From NCBI GenBank assembly GCA_965215195.1, contig CBDCDC010000001.1:704001-768000 (forward strand): a stretch of DNA of 64,000 nucleotides, written 5' to 3'. The position numbers and the translations under genes were made by a program. The notes under the pieces were generated by a model. The model was not told the origin of the DNA, searched no databases, and worked only from the letters and a program-made list of their open reading frames with translations. Below, piece after piece: positions 18,474 through 27,994 of this stretch (its first letter is position 1; every line of letters begins with the position of its first letter). This DNA is from Candidatus Latescibacterota bacterium (GTDB lineage: Bacteria; Latescibacterota; UBA2968; UBA8231).

Positions 18474-20195
18474 ATGGCTATTACATCTATTACCATAGAA
18501 AATTTTAAGTGCATCGGCGACGCCGTGACCATTCCCATTCGCCCGATAACGTTGCTGTTTGGCAAAAACAGTTCGGGCAAGTCGACGGTATTGCAGGCGC
18601 TGCACTATATGCGCGAAGTATGGGAACACGGAGGAGCCGATGCAGACCGTACATCCATAGGTGGAGACTACATTGACTTGGGTGGTTTTAGTTCTTTGGT
18701 GCACCTTCATGATCTGAATCGGAAAATCCGTATTCGCGTTGAATTTGACCTAACCATCAGAGACTCGAAAAAATTGAATCATTTTTTGAACCATGAGACA
18801 GAGCCGAATTCCATGTGGATAGAAGCGGTAACAAGTTGGGATGCAAAAAGACGTAGTGTTTGTACCGAATTGTATAGTCATGGACTTAATGGCACAGAGT
18901 GGATTCGTATATATCCTATATATCCAATGAAAATGCTAGATACAAAATCCAGCTATACGATTGACCCGAATGGCGCAAAATGGCATCACTTAAGTAAGGG
19001 TTCGTTTCTAAATAGTAAGCATCCATATAGTAAGCATCCAATAACAGGTGATTATTTAGAAATAGAAATGCTGGAAATAGCATTATCTATCCTGAATGAA
19101 ATATCAAAAAAAGAATTGTATGACATACGATATTTGGGACCCATTCGGGAGTTACCAGATCGTGACTATTGTCCGCAAAAGACGCCTGATGAATCGCTGT
19201 GGTACAAAGGGTTAGAGGCATGGAATACACTCGGAAGAAATCCTCAATTAACCAACCGAATAAACGACTATATGCTAGATGTTTTGAAACTCGGATACAG
19301 TATTAGTCGGAAGGAAATTATCTCTCTTGATAGAGCTGGCGAGATCATGGAAAATCTGGAAAAAATTTGTACCTCTAAAAATAAAAAAATTGAACCTAAT
19401 GATCTAAAAAAGCAAGTTTATGATCCTATCAAACAATTATCTCCCCAAATTAGAGTGAAACTCCATAATGAAAAAAATGATGTTGACTTGGATGCTGTAG
19501 ACGTAGGTCTTGGTATTTCCCAAGTTATTCCGGTTTTGGTAGGTGCTCTTCATCACGGCGTTCCAGATCCAAATCGGTACGATGGGAGTCAAATAGTAGG
19601 GAAATTTTTTTTGGTTGAACAGCCTGAACTCCATTTACATCCTGCTGCTCAGGTGGCTTTGGGTGACGTGTTCATAGACTGCATAAGAAATCCTGTTCGA
19701 GAATTAAAAGAGGCCTTTGAAAGTTCGGAAGAAGAGGGTGCTCAAGACAACTACAATATTGAAGAGTATGCAAATAAATGGATGAAATTCATGACAGAAA
19801 ACATAGATCATCCTCGTATTAAAAAATTGATTGAAAGTACGGGAGAAAACAGACTTGATAAAGCAGCAGTTGCTATCTTGCGTATGTTTCCTAGTAATCC
19901 TGTTAAGTATGAAAAATTTTCTAATGACTTACTTCGCGGTCGAACGCTGCTCATTGAAACGCATTCTGAGCACTTGCTGTTGCGATTGCTGCGACGTGTG
20001 CATGAAACCTCTAGCACACATGTTGATACAAAATACAAGTTGACTCCTAACGACTTATCTGTAGTCTATGTTCAGCCAACGCCAACAGGTTCCAAATTCG
20101 TCCCTGTCTCTGTAACGGATGACGGTGATTTTGATGAACCTTGGCCAGAAGGATTTTTTGAAGAACGAGACTCGGAATTATTTTATCATGCTTAA
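18474..20195 (+). CDS. ABC-type AAA ATPase with C-terminal DUF3696
   Basis: ENFKCI, GKNSSGKST, VGLGISQVIPVL, EQPELHLHP, ETHSEH, WPEGFFEE. Confidence 0.88.
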   Translation: MAITSITIENFKCIGDAVTIPIRPITLLFGKNSSGKSTVLQALHYMREVWEHGGADADRTSIGGDYIDLGGFSSLVHLHDLNRKIRIRVEFDLTIRDSKKLNHFLNHETEPNSMWIEAVTSWDAKRRSVCTELYSHGLNGTEWIRIYPIYPMKMLDTKSSYTIDPNGAKWHHLSKGSFLNSKHPYSKHPITGDYLEIEMLEIALSILNEISKKELYDIRYLGPIRELPDRDYCPQKTPDESLWYKGLEAWNTLGRNPQLTNRINDYMLDVLKLGYSISRKEIISLDRAGEIMENLEKICTSKNKKIEPNDLKKQVYDPIKQLSPQIRVKLHNEKNDVDLDAVDVGLGISQVIPVLVGALHHGVPDPNRYDGSQIVGKFFLVEQPELHLHPAAQVALGDVFIDCIRNPVRELKEAFESSEEEGAQDNYNIEEYANKWMKFMTENIDHPRIKKLIESTGENRLDKAAVAILRMFPSNPVKYEKFSNDLLRGRTLLIETHSEHLLLRLLRRVHETSSTHVDTKYKLTPNDLSVVYVQPTPTGSKFVPVSVTDDGDFDEPWPEGFFEERDSELFYHA

Positions 20196-21135
20196 CGTTT
20201 TTGCTCTTGATCCAAAAATAATTCGAGATAGGGAACAGTTTCGATATTGTACGGAGCACTGTCATCCATCGAAAGGACGATTAATTGCAGATCTGCCACT
20301 AGGCTCTTGGCTAGCAATAACGGAGGAGTATCTTAATCAACTAAAGGAGCGTCCGAAAGAAAGAAAACGATCGAAAAGAACGCTGGAAAAGATGCGGTCA
20401 CAACTGGTGAAACGTCCGGGAACTAATTGGAATTTTCATGAACCCTCTTGGCTTACTAATACAGAGAACGAACATCGGAGAGAGCCTTTTTCTTTAGTTA
20501 TCAGTCCTGACTACGGTGAGCCTGACGATCAGGAGCTAAAGTACCCTCCTAGTGAACTCGATTCTGAAGTAAACGCTTGGAATACGCCTAGTGGTGTTCA
20601 AATTAATCGAAGTCCAAAAAAATTTGTGAAAGTCATCTTACCAATGCTTCGACTTGCTAAGGAGATCAATTTTGTAGATCGATCTTTCAACATAGATGCT
20701 AACAGCTTATATACCAGAAATTACCAGCAGATTATCAAGGAGCTAGCCATATACCACAATTCATTTTCTTCTTTTCCAGAAAAACTGAAAATACATTGTT
20801 GTCCAGACAACGCTCCTAAAAGAGAATACTTTGAAGATGGCCTAAAAGAACGTTACGCTCACTTAATACCAACAGGAAAATCTATAAAGGTCTTCTTATG
20901 GGAAACAAAAATCAGACCACCACGAGGAGCTCATCCTTTTCACAATCGCTATGTTCTATCTGATCATTGCGGCGTAATAGTAGGATATGGTACTGATAGC
21001 ACAGGACAAGAGACTGATGCACCAGATACTCTTCAGATTGTTGACGAAACGATATATAAAGACATATGGAAAATCCGAAAAGGAAAATGGCCACCTGGAG
21101 CTGAAATAAAAGAAAAATTTGAGATTAGTGGTTAA
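20188..21135 (+). CDS. hypothetical protein, putative PLD-like nuclease
   Basis: overlaps ATPase stop; FVDR...FHNRYVLSD..G...G.G.D resembles the HxR/HDR PLD-like motif. Confidence 0.65.
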   Translation: MLNVFALDPKIIRDREQFRYCTEHCHPSKGRLIADLPLGSWLAITEEYLNQLKERPKERKRSKRTLEKMRSQLVKRPGTNWNFHEPSWLTNTENEHRREPFSLVISPDYGEPDDQELKYPPSELDSEVNAWNTPSGVQINRSPKKFVKVILPMLRLAKEINFVDRSFNIDANSLYTRNYQQIIKELAIYHNSFSSFPEKLKIHCCPDNAPKREYFEDGLKERYAHLIPTGKSIKVFLWETKIRPPRGAHPFHNRYVLSDHCGVIVGYGTDSTGQETDAPDTLQIVDETIYKDIWKIRKGKWPPGAEIKEKFEISG

Positions 21136-21187
21136 TACCTTTGGAAAATAGAGATTTATTGCTAATGCCGGATTGGGAAATACCCCC

Positions 21188-22030
21188 TCACCCCCGAAAC
21201 GCATCCCCCTCCCCCTCGGCCCGATGCCGATAGAGCAGCTTGACCGCCTCCGGCAGGGCCTCGTAGGTCGCCCGCGGCACAATCGCATTGTTGCGCCCGC
21301 CAAACTCCACGCTCAACCACCACGGACAATAGCGCGTGATGATCGCCACTCGCGGCTCCGGGCTGGGATTGGCTGCGGTCGAATGCCATATCCGACTGTC
21401 CATCACCAGCGCACTGCCCTCCGGGCCGACGACTTGGATCTCCCCGCGAATCGGCTTGAACTGATCGATCCGCTCCTTTAGTCCTTCGGGCGTCTGGTGC
21501 ATCCGCGGGTTGAGCGAGTCGCGGTGACTGCGCGGCACCACCCACGTCCCGCCCGTGTCTGGGCCAAACGGCGACAGCATCCACAGCACCGATAGCTGCA
21601 TGGTCGCGTCCGGGAAGGGCTGTGCCACCCGGCCGGCAAAGTCCCTATCGGTCAGGTCGTGCGGCCAATCCGAGTGAAAGCCGCGCCAGTCCAAGTCCTC
21701 GCGGTTGGGCACTTGCGTCTTAAACTCGGTCTGCGCGATCCGCACGTGCCCCCCAAAAACCGCCCGCGCCACCCCCAACAAACGCTCGTCGCCCAGATAC
21801 GGAGCAAACTCCGGCAAATACGCGATCAGGCAAACGCCCGACTCGCCATGGGGGCCGGTCTGCCGCCCGATGTGCCCGCCCATGGCCTCGTAGTCCTGCC
21901 GCGCCTTTTCGTGCGCTTCTTGCACGTGCGCCCGCACTCGGTCTATGGCGTCCGCCGGAATAATCCGCTCCAAGACGCACCAACCCTCGCGGCGCAATTG
22001 ATCCACTTTTTCCTTTATCTCAGCGTCCAT
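21188..22030 (-). CDS. phytanoyl-CoA dioxygenase (PhyH) family protein
   Basis: FHSDWP, GGTWVVPRSH, DSRIWHS. Confidence 0.85.
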   Translation of the reverse strand: MDAEIKEKVDQLRREGWCVLERIIPADAIDRVRAHVQEAHEKARQDYEAMGGHIGRQTGPHGESGVCLIAYLPEFAPYLGDERLLGVARAVFGGHVRIAQTEFKTQVPNREDLDWRGFHSDWPHDLTDRDFAGRVAQPFPDATMQLSVLWMLSPFGPDTGGTWVVPRSHRDSLNPRMHQTPEGLKERIDQFKPIRGEIQVVGPEGSALVMDSRIWHSTAANPSPEPRVAIITRYCPWWLSVEFGGRNNAIVPRATYEALPEAVKLLYRHRAEGEGDAFRG

Positions 22031-22122
22031 ACGACCTTCCATTTCTCGGTTGCCCAAGCAATTGCGTACTGCTATACTAGACCCACTCGCGGACGAATCC
22101 CACCCTTTCCCCGGGCTTTCCC

Positions 22123-23391
22123 ATGCACATCACCGACATCGAAATCCACGCCATCTGCCCGCCGTATTGCGACTTCAACGCCCCGCCACTGGCCCGCTAC
22201 CACGGCGCACACATCCAACGCCGCGCCATCGTCGTCGTCCACGTGGACAACGGCCTAGAGGGCCTCGGCGAGAACATCGGCGACGCACCCGATGGCGATG
22301 CCTTCCGCGCAAAATACATCGGCACCTCGCCCTTTGACTGGATCAACGCCGAGCAGGACCTCGCCATGAACATGGCCTGCTACGACCTAATGGGCAAGCA
22401 CCTCGGCATTCCCGCGTGGAAGCTGATCGGCCCCAAGGTCCGCTCGTGGATCCCGGTCGCCGCTTGGACCGTGGCGCAGGCCCCGGACGCCATGGCCGAA
22501 GAAGTGCGCCAAGCCGCCGCCCGCGGCTACCACTGGATCAAGTACCACGTCGATGAAATGCAGGACGTCATCGCCCAGACCGAGGCCATGCAGGAGGCCG
22601 CCCCGCCCTATTTCAAGGTCCACTACGACTTCAACGCCAACAGCAACTACTACACCATGCGCCCCATTCTCGCCGAGCTGGTCAAATTCCGGGTCGCCGG
22701 CCGCTTTGAAGACGTAGTCCAAGGCACGGACGAAGATGCCTACCGCATGTTGCGCGAGCAGTGCCCGCTGCCCATCATCGGCCACCACGTCCCGCCCGAA
22801 GCCATGACCAAGCGCTACGTCGATGGGACCATGGCCGGGCACGCCCCCATCGGCAGTGCAATCAAAGCAGCCGCCATTGCCGAGCGGCTCAACATGCCCC
22901 TCATGTACCAACAGACCGGCGGTGCGATCAACCAAGCCTTCTTGGCCCACGAAGTCGCGGTGTTCAAAATGGCCACCATCGACCACGTCAATTGCTGCCA
23001 CCTGTGGCGGGAGGACGTCGTCGCAGACCCCATGCCTGTAATCGACGGCAGCGTGGCCGTGCCCCAAGGACCGGGCCTCGGGATCGAACTCGATCGCGCA
23101 CAATTGGAAAAATGGGCCAGCGCGGCCCCGGTCGATAAAGGCCGCTTCTTGGTCCGCATCCGCTCCGCCGGCGGCCTCACCGCGTATCTGCGCCACGATC
23201 CCGAGCCGAGCGGCTCTACTGACAATCTGCGCTTCCACGACCGCTTGCACCGCCAAGGCATCCCCGGGCGGCCCCCTTCGTACGCCAACCCGCTCACCAC
23301 CGAATTCTGGGACGCGGACCAAGACCCCGAGCACTTTGAGGAACTGTGGCAGGCTACGGCCGACGGCCCTTTATGGAAAGAGGAATTGTAG
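22123..23391 (+). CDS. mandelate racemase/muconate lactonising enzyme family protein
   Basis: GLGE, YDLMGK, KYH, DFN, VPQGPGLGIELD. Confidence 0.85.
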   Translation: MHITDIEIHAICPPYCDFNAPPLARYHGAHIQRRAIVVVHVDNGLEGLGENIGDAPDGDAFRAKYIGTSPFDWINAEQDLAMNMACYDLMGKHLGIPAWKLIGPKVRSWIPVAAWTVAQAPDAMAEEVRQAAARGYHWIKYHVDEMQDVIAQTEAMQEAAPPYFKVHYDFNANSNYYTMRPILAELVKFRVAGRFEDVVQGTDEDAYRMLREQCPLPIIGHHVPPEAMTKRYVDGTMAGHAPIGSAIKAAAIAERLNMPLMYQQTGGAINQAFLAHEVAVFKMATIDHVNCCHLWREDVVADPMPVIDGSVAVPQGPGLGIELDRAQLEKWASAAPVDKGRFLVRIRSAGGLTAYLRHDPEPSGSTDNLRFHDRLHRQGIPGRPPSYANPLTTEFWDADQDPEHFEELWQATADGPLWKEEL

Positions 23392-24201
23392 ATGAACGAA
23401 AACGAAAAGTATTTCTTCGATCTCAACGGCTACATCGTCGTGCGCAACGTCTTGTCCGCCGAGGACATCGCGCTGGCCAACGAGGCCATTGACCGCCATG
23501 CCGAGCAAATCCACGAGCGCACGGGCGAACTGTCGCTATCGGCTGGCTCCAAGGCGCTCGAAGGGAGCACCGGACGCGGCGACCTCGGCGGCGCGCTCGC
23601 ATGGCCTGATCCCCACGGCCGTCCTTTCCGCGACATGCTGGTCAATCCCAAGGTGGTGCCCTATCTGCACGAGATTTTGGGCACCGGCTTTCGCCTCGAC
23701 CACAATCTCGGCATCATCACCATGCGCAAAGGGGCCGAAGGCCACCTCCTGCACGGATCGTCTGGCCCCAGCTTTGACCGCCACCAGTACTACATCTTCA
23801 AAGACGGCAAAATGCACAACGGCCTGACCGTGGCCGCGTACCAGCTCGCGGACGTGAACGCTGGCGACGGGGGCTTGTGCCTGATCCCAGGCAGCCACAA
23901 GGGCAACTATCCCTGCCCGATGGCGCTCCGGCGCGGCGAGGCGTACCGCGAATTCATCAAGCAGATTACCTGCAACGCCGGCGACTGCGTCCTCTTCACC
24001 GAGGCCACTACCCACGGCACCCTGCCTTGGACCGCCGATCACGACCGCCGCACCGCGCTCTTCCGCTTCTCCCCGGGCAACCTCGCCTACGTGGCCCACA
24101 ACTGGTCCGAAGCCATGCTCGCCCTAATGACCGACGAGCAGCGCAAAGTCCTCGAACCGCCCTATCACGCACGGTTGGACCGCCCCGTGTTGGAAGTGTA
24201 G
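23392..24201 (+). CDS. PhyH family dioxygenase
   Basis: FFDLNGYIVV, GGLCLIPGSHK, FTEATTHGT. Confidence 0.85.
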   Translation: MNENEKYFFDLNGYIVVRNVLSAEDIALANEAIDRHAEQIHERTGELSLSAGSKALEGSTGRGDLGGALAWPDPHGRPFRDMLVNPKVVPYLHEILGTGFRLDHNLGIITMRKGAEGHLLHGSSGPSFDRHQYYIFKDGKMHNGLTVAAYQLADVNAGDGGLCLIPGSHKGNYPCPMALRRGEAYREFIKQITCNAGDCVLFTEATTHGTLPWTADHDRRTALFRFSPGNLAYVAHNWSEAMLALMTDEQRKVLEPPYHARLDRPVLEV

Positions 24202-24294
24202 CCGCGTCCGATGTAAAACCCGCATCGTCCAAGCAATCGCACGGCTGTCGATTAACTAGAATTTTCAACAAAAACCACAGCTTAGGGAGACCCC

Positions 24295-25128
24295 ATGACC
24301 AAACGCAAAATCGTCGTCACCGGTGCCGCCGGGTACGTCGCCGGCCGCATGCTGCCGGCCCTACAAGAACGCTACGAAACCGTTCTGCTCGATGTGAAAA
24401 CGACCAATCGCCAAGGCGAAGAAGTAGCAGGAATCCGCATCGCCGATTTGGTGAAAAAGAACCGCGAGGCGTACCGGGAACACTTCAGAGGTGCCGACGC
24501 GGTAGTTCACTGCGGCTTTGTCCGAACCGGACAGGGCGAACAGCGCTTCTGGAACGAGACCGACAATATCGCCATGGCCCACAATGTGTACCGGGTCTGC
24601 CAAGACGAAGGTGTGCGGCGAGCCGTGATCGTCAGCTCCAATCACGCAGCCGATTACTACGAGAATTTGATCTGGTCGGGGCGCATGGATTTTGTCACGC
24701 CCGATATGCTGCCGCTGTCGGACAATTTCTACGGCTGGGCCAAGGCATCGTACGAACTGCTGGGCTTCATGTTCGCCTGCGGTGCGGAAGGGCCGGCCCT
24801 CGAAAACGTGCAATTGCGAATCGGCGGCCCCCGCGAGACCGACATCGATAGCTGCGGCAACGACCTAAAGAGAATGCACCGAGGCTTGGGGGCCTACCTG
24901 AGCGTGCGCGACCAAGTGCAACTGGTCATCAAGAGCATCGAAACCGAAGACATCCGCGACGCCAACGGCGTACCCTTCCAGATTTTCTACGGCATCAGCG
25001 GCAACGCACACAATTTCTGGAGCTTGGCCAATGCCCGCCGCGTCATCGGCTACGCGCCCCAAGACGACAGCCAAGTGCGCTTTGCCGACAAAATCGCGGC
25101 GATTGCGCGGGCGGCGCAGGACGAGTAG
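24295..25128 (+). CDS. NAD(P)-dependent epimerase/dehydrogenase (uronate dehydrogenase-like)
   Basis: TGAAGYVA, SSNHA, YGWAK. Confidence 0.85.
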   Translation: MTKRKIVVTGAAGYVAGRMLPALQERYETVLLDVKTTNRQGEEVAGIRIADLVKKNREAYREHFRGADAVVHCGFVRTGQGEQRFWNETDNIAMAHNVYRVCQDEGVRRAVIVSSNHAADYYENLIWSGRMDFVTPDMLPLSDNFYGWAKASYELLGFMFACGAEGPALENVQLRIGGPRETDIDSCGNDLKRMHRGLGAYLSVRDQVQLVIKSIETEDIRDANGVPFQIFYGISGNAHNFWSLANARRVIGYAPQDDSQVRFADKIAAIARAAQDE

Positions 25129-25129
25129 A

Positions 25130-25325
25130 ATGAGCGAATTCGACGGCGAAATCCGCGTGGGCGCAGAAGATCTGCTAGAGTTGGTAATCGCCGTTTTCGA
25201 GCGGTGCGGCATGTCGAACGCGGACGCCGCCCTGCTGGCCGATTCGCTCGTGGACGCGGATCTGTGCGGAACCCACTCGCACGGCGTTATGCGGGTCCCC
25301 GAGTACGTGGAGAAGCTAACACTTA
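25130..25325 (+). pseudogene. Ldh_2 (malate/L-sulfolactate dehydrogenase) N-terminal fragment cut by IS
   Basis: ADSLVDADLCGTHSHGVMRVPEY, ending at the IS left end. Confidence 0.85.
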
Positions 25326-25363
25326 GAAGCTGTTGAGTTAAAAAAGCTATCTTTGTATTTTGT

Positions 25364-26522
25364 GGAACCTCTGGTCAAGTCAGCTTTTTTAACAAAACAG
25401 AAGCCTCTGAGTGTTATATTTGCTTATAAAGTGGGAACATGGCTCTATTTTCAGGCGTGCTTCTCCCCGTTCCTCGTCCCGGTCTGCGCTCGGGACGGAC
25501 TGCTCCCTACCTCGTCGCCAATGCTCTACGCGCCAGATAGAAATTGGCCCGCGCCAACAAGGTAACGACTTGGGCGGCGTTCTTGGCCAAGCCTCGATAA
25601 CGCACCTTGCGATAGCCCCACAGGTGTTTGATGACCCCAAAGGCATGGTCAACCCGGGCTCGGACACGGTTGCTCTTTTGGTTGAACGAGCGATCGGCAC
25701 CCGTCAGCTTCCGGCTTCGGCTGGCTTTACGAAGCCCCCGCCCCTCCATACCATCCGATTCGGCGTCTGCTTTGCGTTCGGCCCTGGCATAGGCTTTAGC
25801 GCCATAGATGACCTGTTCCTCGCCGTGTAACACTCGTCCATCACCACCCAATCATGCACCGACGCCGGGGTCACCACGACGCTGTGCACCCGCCCCTGAC
25901 GATCACTGCCCCCATGTGCTTTGAGGCCAAAATACCACGTCGTCCCCTTCTTCGTAGGCCCCATCTGCGGGTCTCGTGCCTTGTCCCGGTTCTTCGTCGA
26001 AGCCGGCGCGTGAAGGATCGTCGCATCCACCATCGTGCCTTCGCGGAGTAGCATACCCCGCTCCGACAAATACGGCGCGGTGCATCGAAACAGGGCTTCC
26101 GTCAAACAATGCTTTTCTAAGAAGTGGCGGAACTTGCAGATCGTCGTCTCAGCCGGAATGCTATCCAAGGGCACGCCTGCAAAGCGGCGCATCGATTCGA
26201 CATCATACAGGCTGTCTTCCAGCGCTGGATCACTCAAGCCATACCAGTGCTGCATGAAATAGACCCGTACCATCACCGCAGCCGGGATCGGACGACGGCC
26301 ATTACCGGGTTTCGGGTACTTGCTCACAATGGGTTGGAGCAGGTCGGCCCACGGCAGCAGGTCGTTCCTCTCCGACAGAAAGCGTTCTTTGCGAGGGGGC
26401 TTCTTCTTGTAGGTGTAGGCGGCATCGGAAAAACTGAGTTGAGTCATCGCGAGTTATCGCCTTTTTTCTTAGAATATGGACTCGCAAAAAAGAACTCGAA
26501 AGAAAACTTAATCAGAGATTCC
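25364..26522 (-). mobile_element. nested IS5-family (IS5 subgroup) element
   Basis: IRs GGAACCTCTGGTCAAGT / rc GGAATCTCTGATTAAGT (14/17); 4-bp target duplication TTGT. Confidence 0.88.
25507..26447 (-). pseudogene. IS5 transposase, frameshifted
   Basis: YGLSDPALEDSLY, VDATIL, WYFGLKAH, KVRYRGLAKN; 1-nt deletion near 25830. Confidence 0.88.
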
Positions 26523-26571
26523 TTGTATAATGTATTGCGTAATGTCTTTTTTGCGAAAGGAGGCTTTTGCT

Positions 26572-27338
26572 ATGGGCGGCTATCCCAGTGACTTGACTGA
26601 TCGAGAATGGGCGCTGCTGGCTGCGTTTTTCGACCGTCCCGATCCCCGGAGTAACCCCGGCAAGTATGAAAAACGGGCGGTGGTCAATGCCATTTTATAT
26701 GTGGTCAAAGGGGGCATTCCGTGGCGGATGCTGCCCCTTGATTTGCCGCCTTGGGATACGGTCTATGACCATTATCGGCGCTGGAATCAACGCGGCGTCT
26801 GGGAACCGGCGCTAGACGTGCTGAATGCGCATGCCCGTCAAAAGCAGGGTAAAAACGAGCCTCCTACCTATGTGTTGATCGATTCGCAATCGGTTAAAAC
26901 CCAATATGCCAGTCAAGATCGCGGCGTGGATGGGGGGAAAAGGTTAAAGGACGGAAACGCCCCCTCGCCACCGATACCCTAGGGAACATGCTGACCGTCC
27001 AAGTACATGCCGCGAATGTAGCGGATACCAGCCAAGGGTTCCACGTATGTGACCCAGTCGCAGAAAAGTATGCTTCGGTCGAAGCCTTCTCCGGCGACCA
27101 AGGCTATCGCGGAACCACCGTTGAATGCGTCGAGACCCTGTTAGGATTGCGACTCGATATAGCGGATAAACCAGCCCAAGGGTTCCACGTGGTGCCCAAA
27201 CGCTGGATTATCGAGCGGACCTTGGCGTGGCTAGGCGGATTTCGACGCTTGGCCAAGGACTTCGAAATTCTCACCCAATCCGCAGAGAACATCATTCGGA
27301 TTGCCATGATAAAGATTACCGTCGCTAAATGCATCTGA
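26572..27338 (+). CDS. IS5-family transposase in two ORFs joined by a -1 frameshift
   Basis: YPSDLTDREW (DUF4096), IDSQSVK, GGGGGGAAAAGG shift into KVKGRKR, KRWIIERTLAWL; AGGAGG RBS. Confidence 0.85.
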
Positions 27339-27354
27339 ATAACTCAACAGCTTC

Positions 27355-27994
27355 TGAGCAACGAGCGGCTGCGTTCTAAGGCCGCGGAAAAGTGGCCGAG
27401 GCGCAGCGTGGCTTGGAGCAACAGGTAATGCGCGTCGCGGCGCTGAGGTTGGGCGGCCAGCGCTTGGCTGCACAGGGCGGTGGCTCGCTCGAGATTCATG
27501 GTGGCGGCGGCCTGCAAGTACAGCTCGGCCAGCAGCAGGCGGCCGTCGAGCGAGTTGGGGTATTCGTCGAGAACCTCATTGACGGCGAGTTCGGCTTCGC
27601 GGGCAAACCCGCCAAAGGCGAGCAGACGCGCTTGGAGGAGGCGGGCCTCTGGCCGCTGGCGCACAGGAGCGGGCAGTTCGTCGAGGAGACGGCCCGCGCT
27701 CCGCCGCCGGCCTTGGCGGAGCAGGGCTTCGCCGCGGCGGACTTGGGCAATCGCGCTGTCGGGTGCTAGGCTGACGACGCGCTGGAAGAGTGCTGCGGCC
27801 TCGGAGAACCGCCCTTGGTGCAGCAGGCTCAGGGCCTCGGCATAGACGCGGTCGCTTTCGGGCTCGGGCGGGGCTTGGCAGCCGAGGACGAGGCCCGTCA
27901 GGTACATAGCAAAAAAAGCCCGTCCCCAACTGGTAGGGGCAACCCTTGTGGTTGCCCTCCGAGAGGAAAAACCCCGCACGGGCAACCGTCTCAC
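27355..27994 (-). pseudogene. TPR protein, C-terminally truncated by IS
   Basis: TPR helices; reading frame runs into the IS right end. Confidence 0.7.
27933..27958 (+). repeat. GTAG-type REP-like palindrome
   Basis: GTAG-GGGCAAC-CCTTGTG-GTTGCCC-T; 23/26 identical to the 14192 copy, with a compensatory stem change. Confidence 0.7.

Larger units (their letters stand above)
25326..27354 (+). mobile_element. IS5-family element (IS1031/IS427-like) carrying a nested IS
   Basis: perfect terminal IR GAAGCTGTTGAGTTA / TAACTCAACAGCTTC; flanks C-TTA and TGA-G. Confidence 0.88.

Noticed and set aside
19012-19040. 15-bp-period duplication (SKHPYSKHP)
   Set aside because: Small in-frame duplication with no further signal
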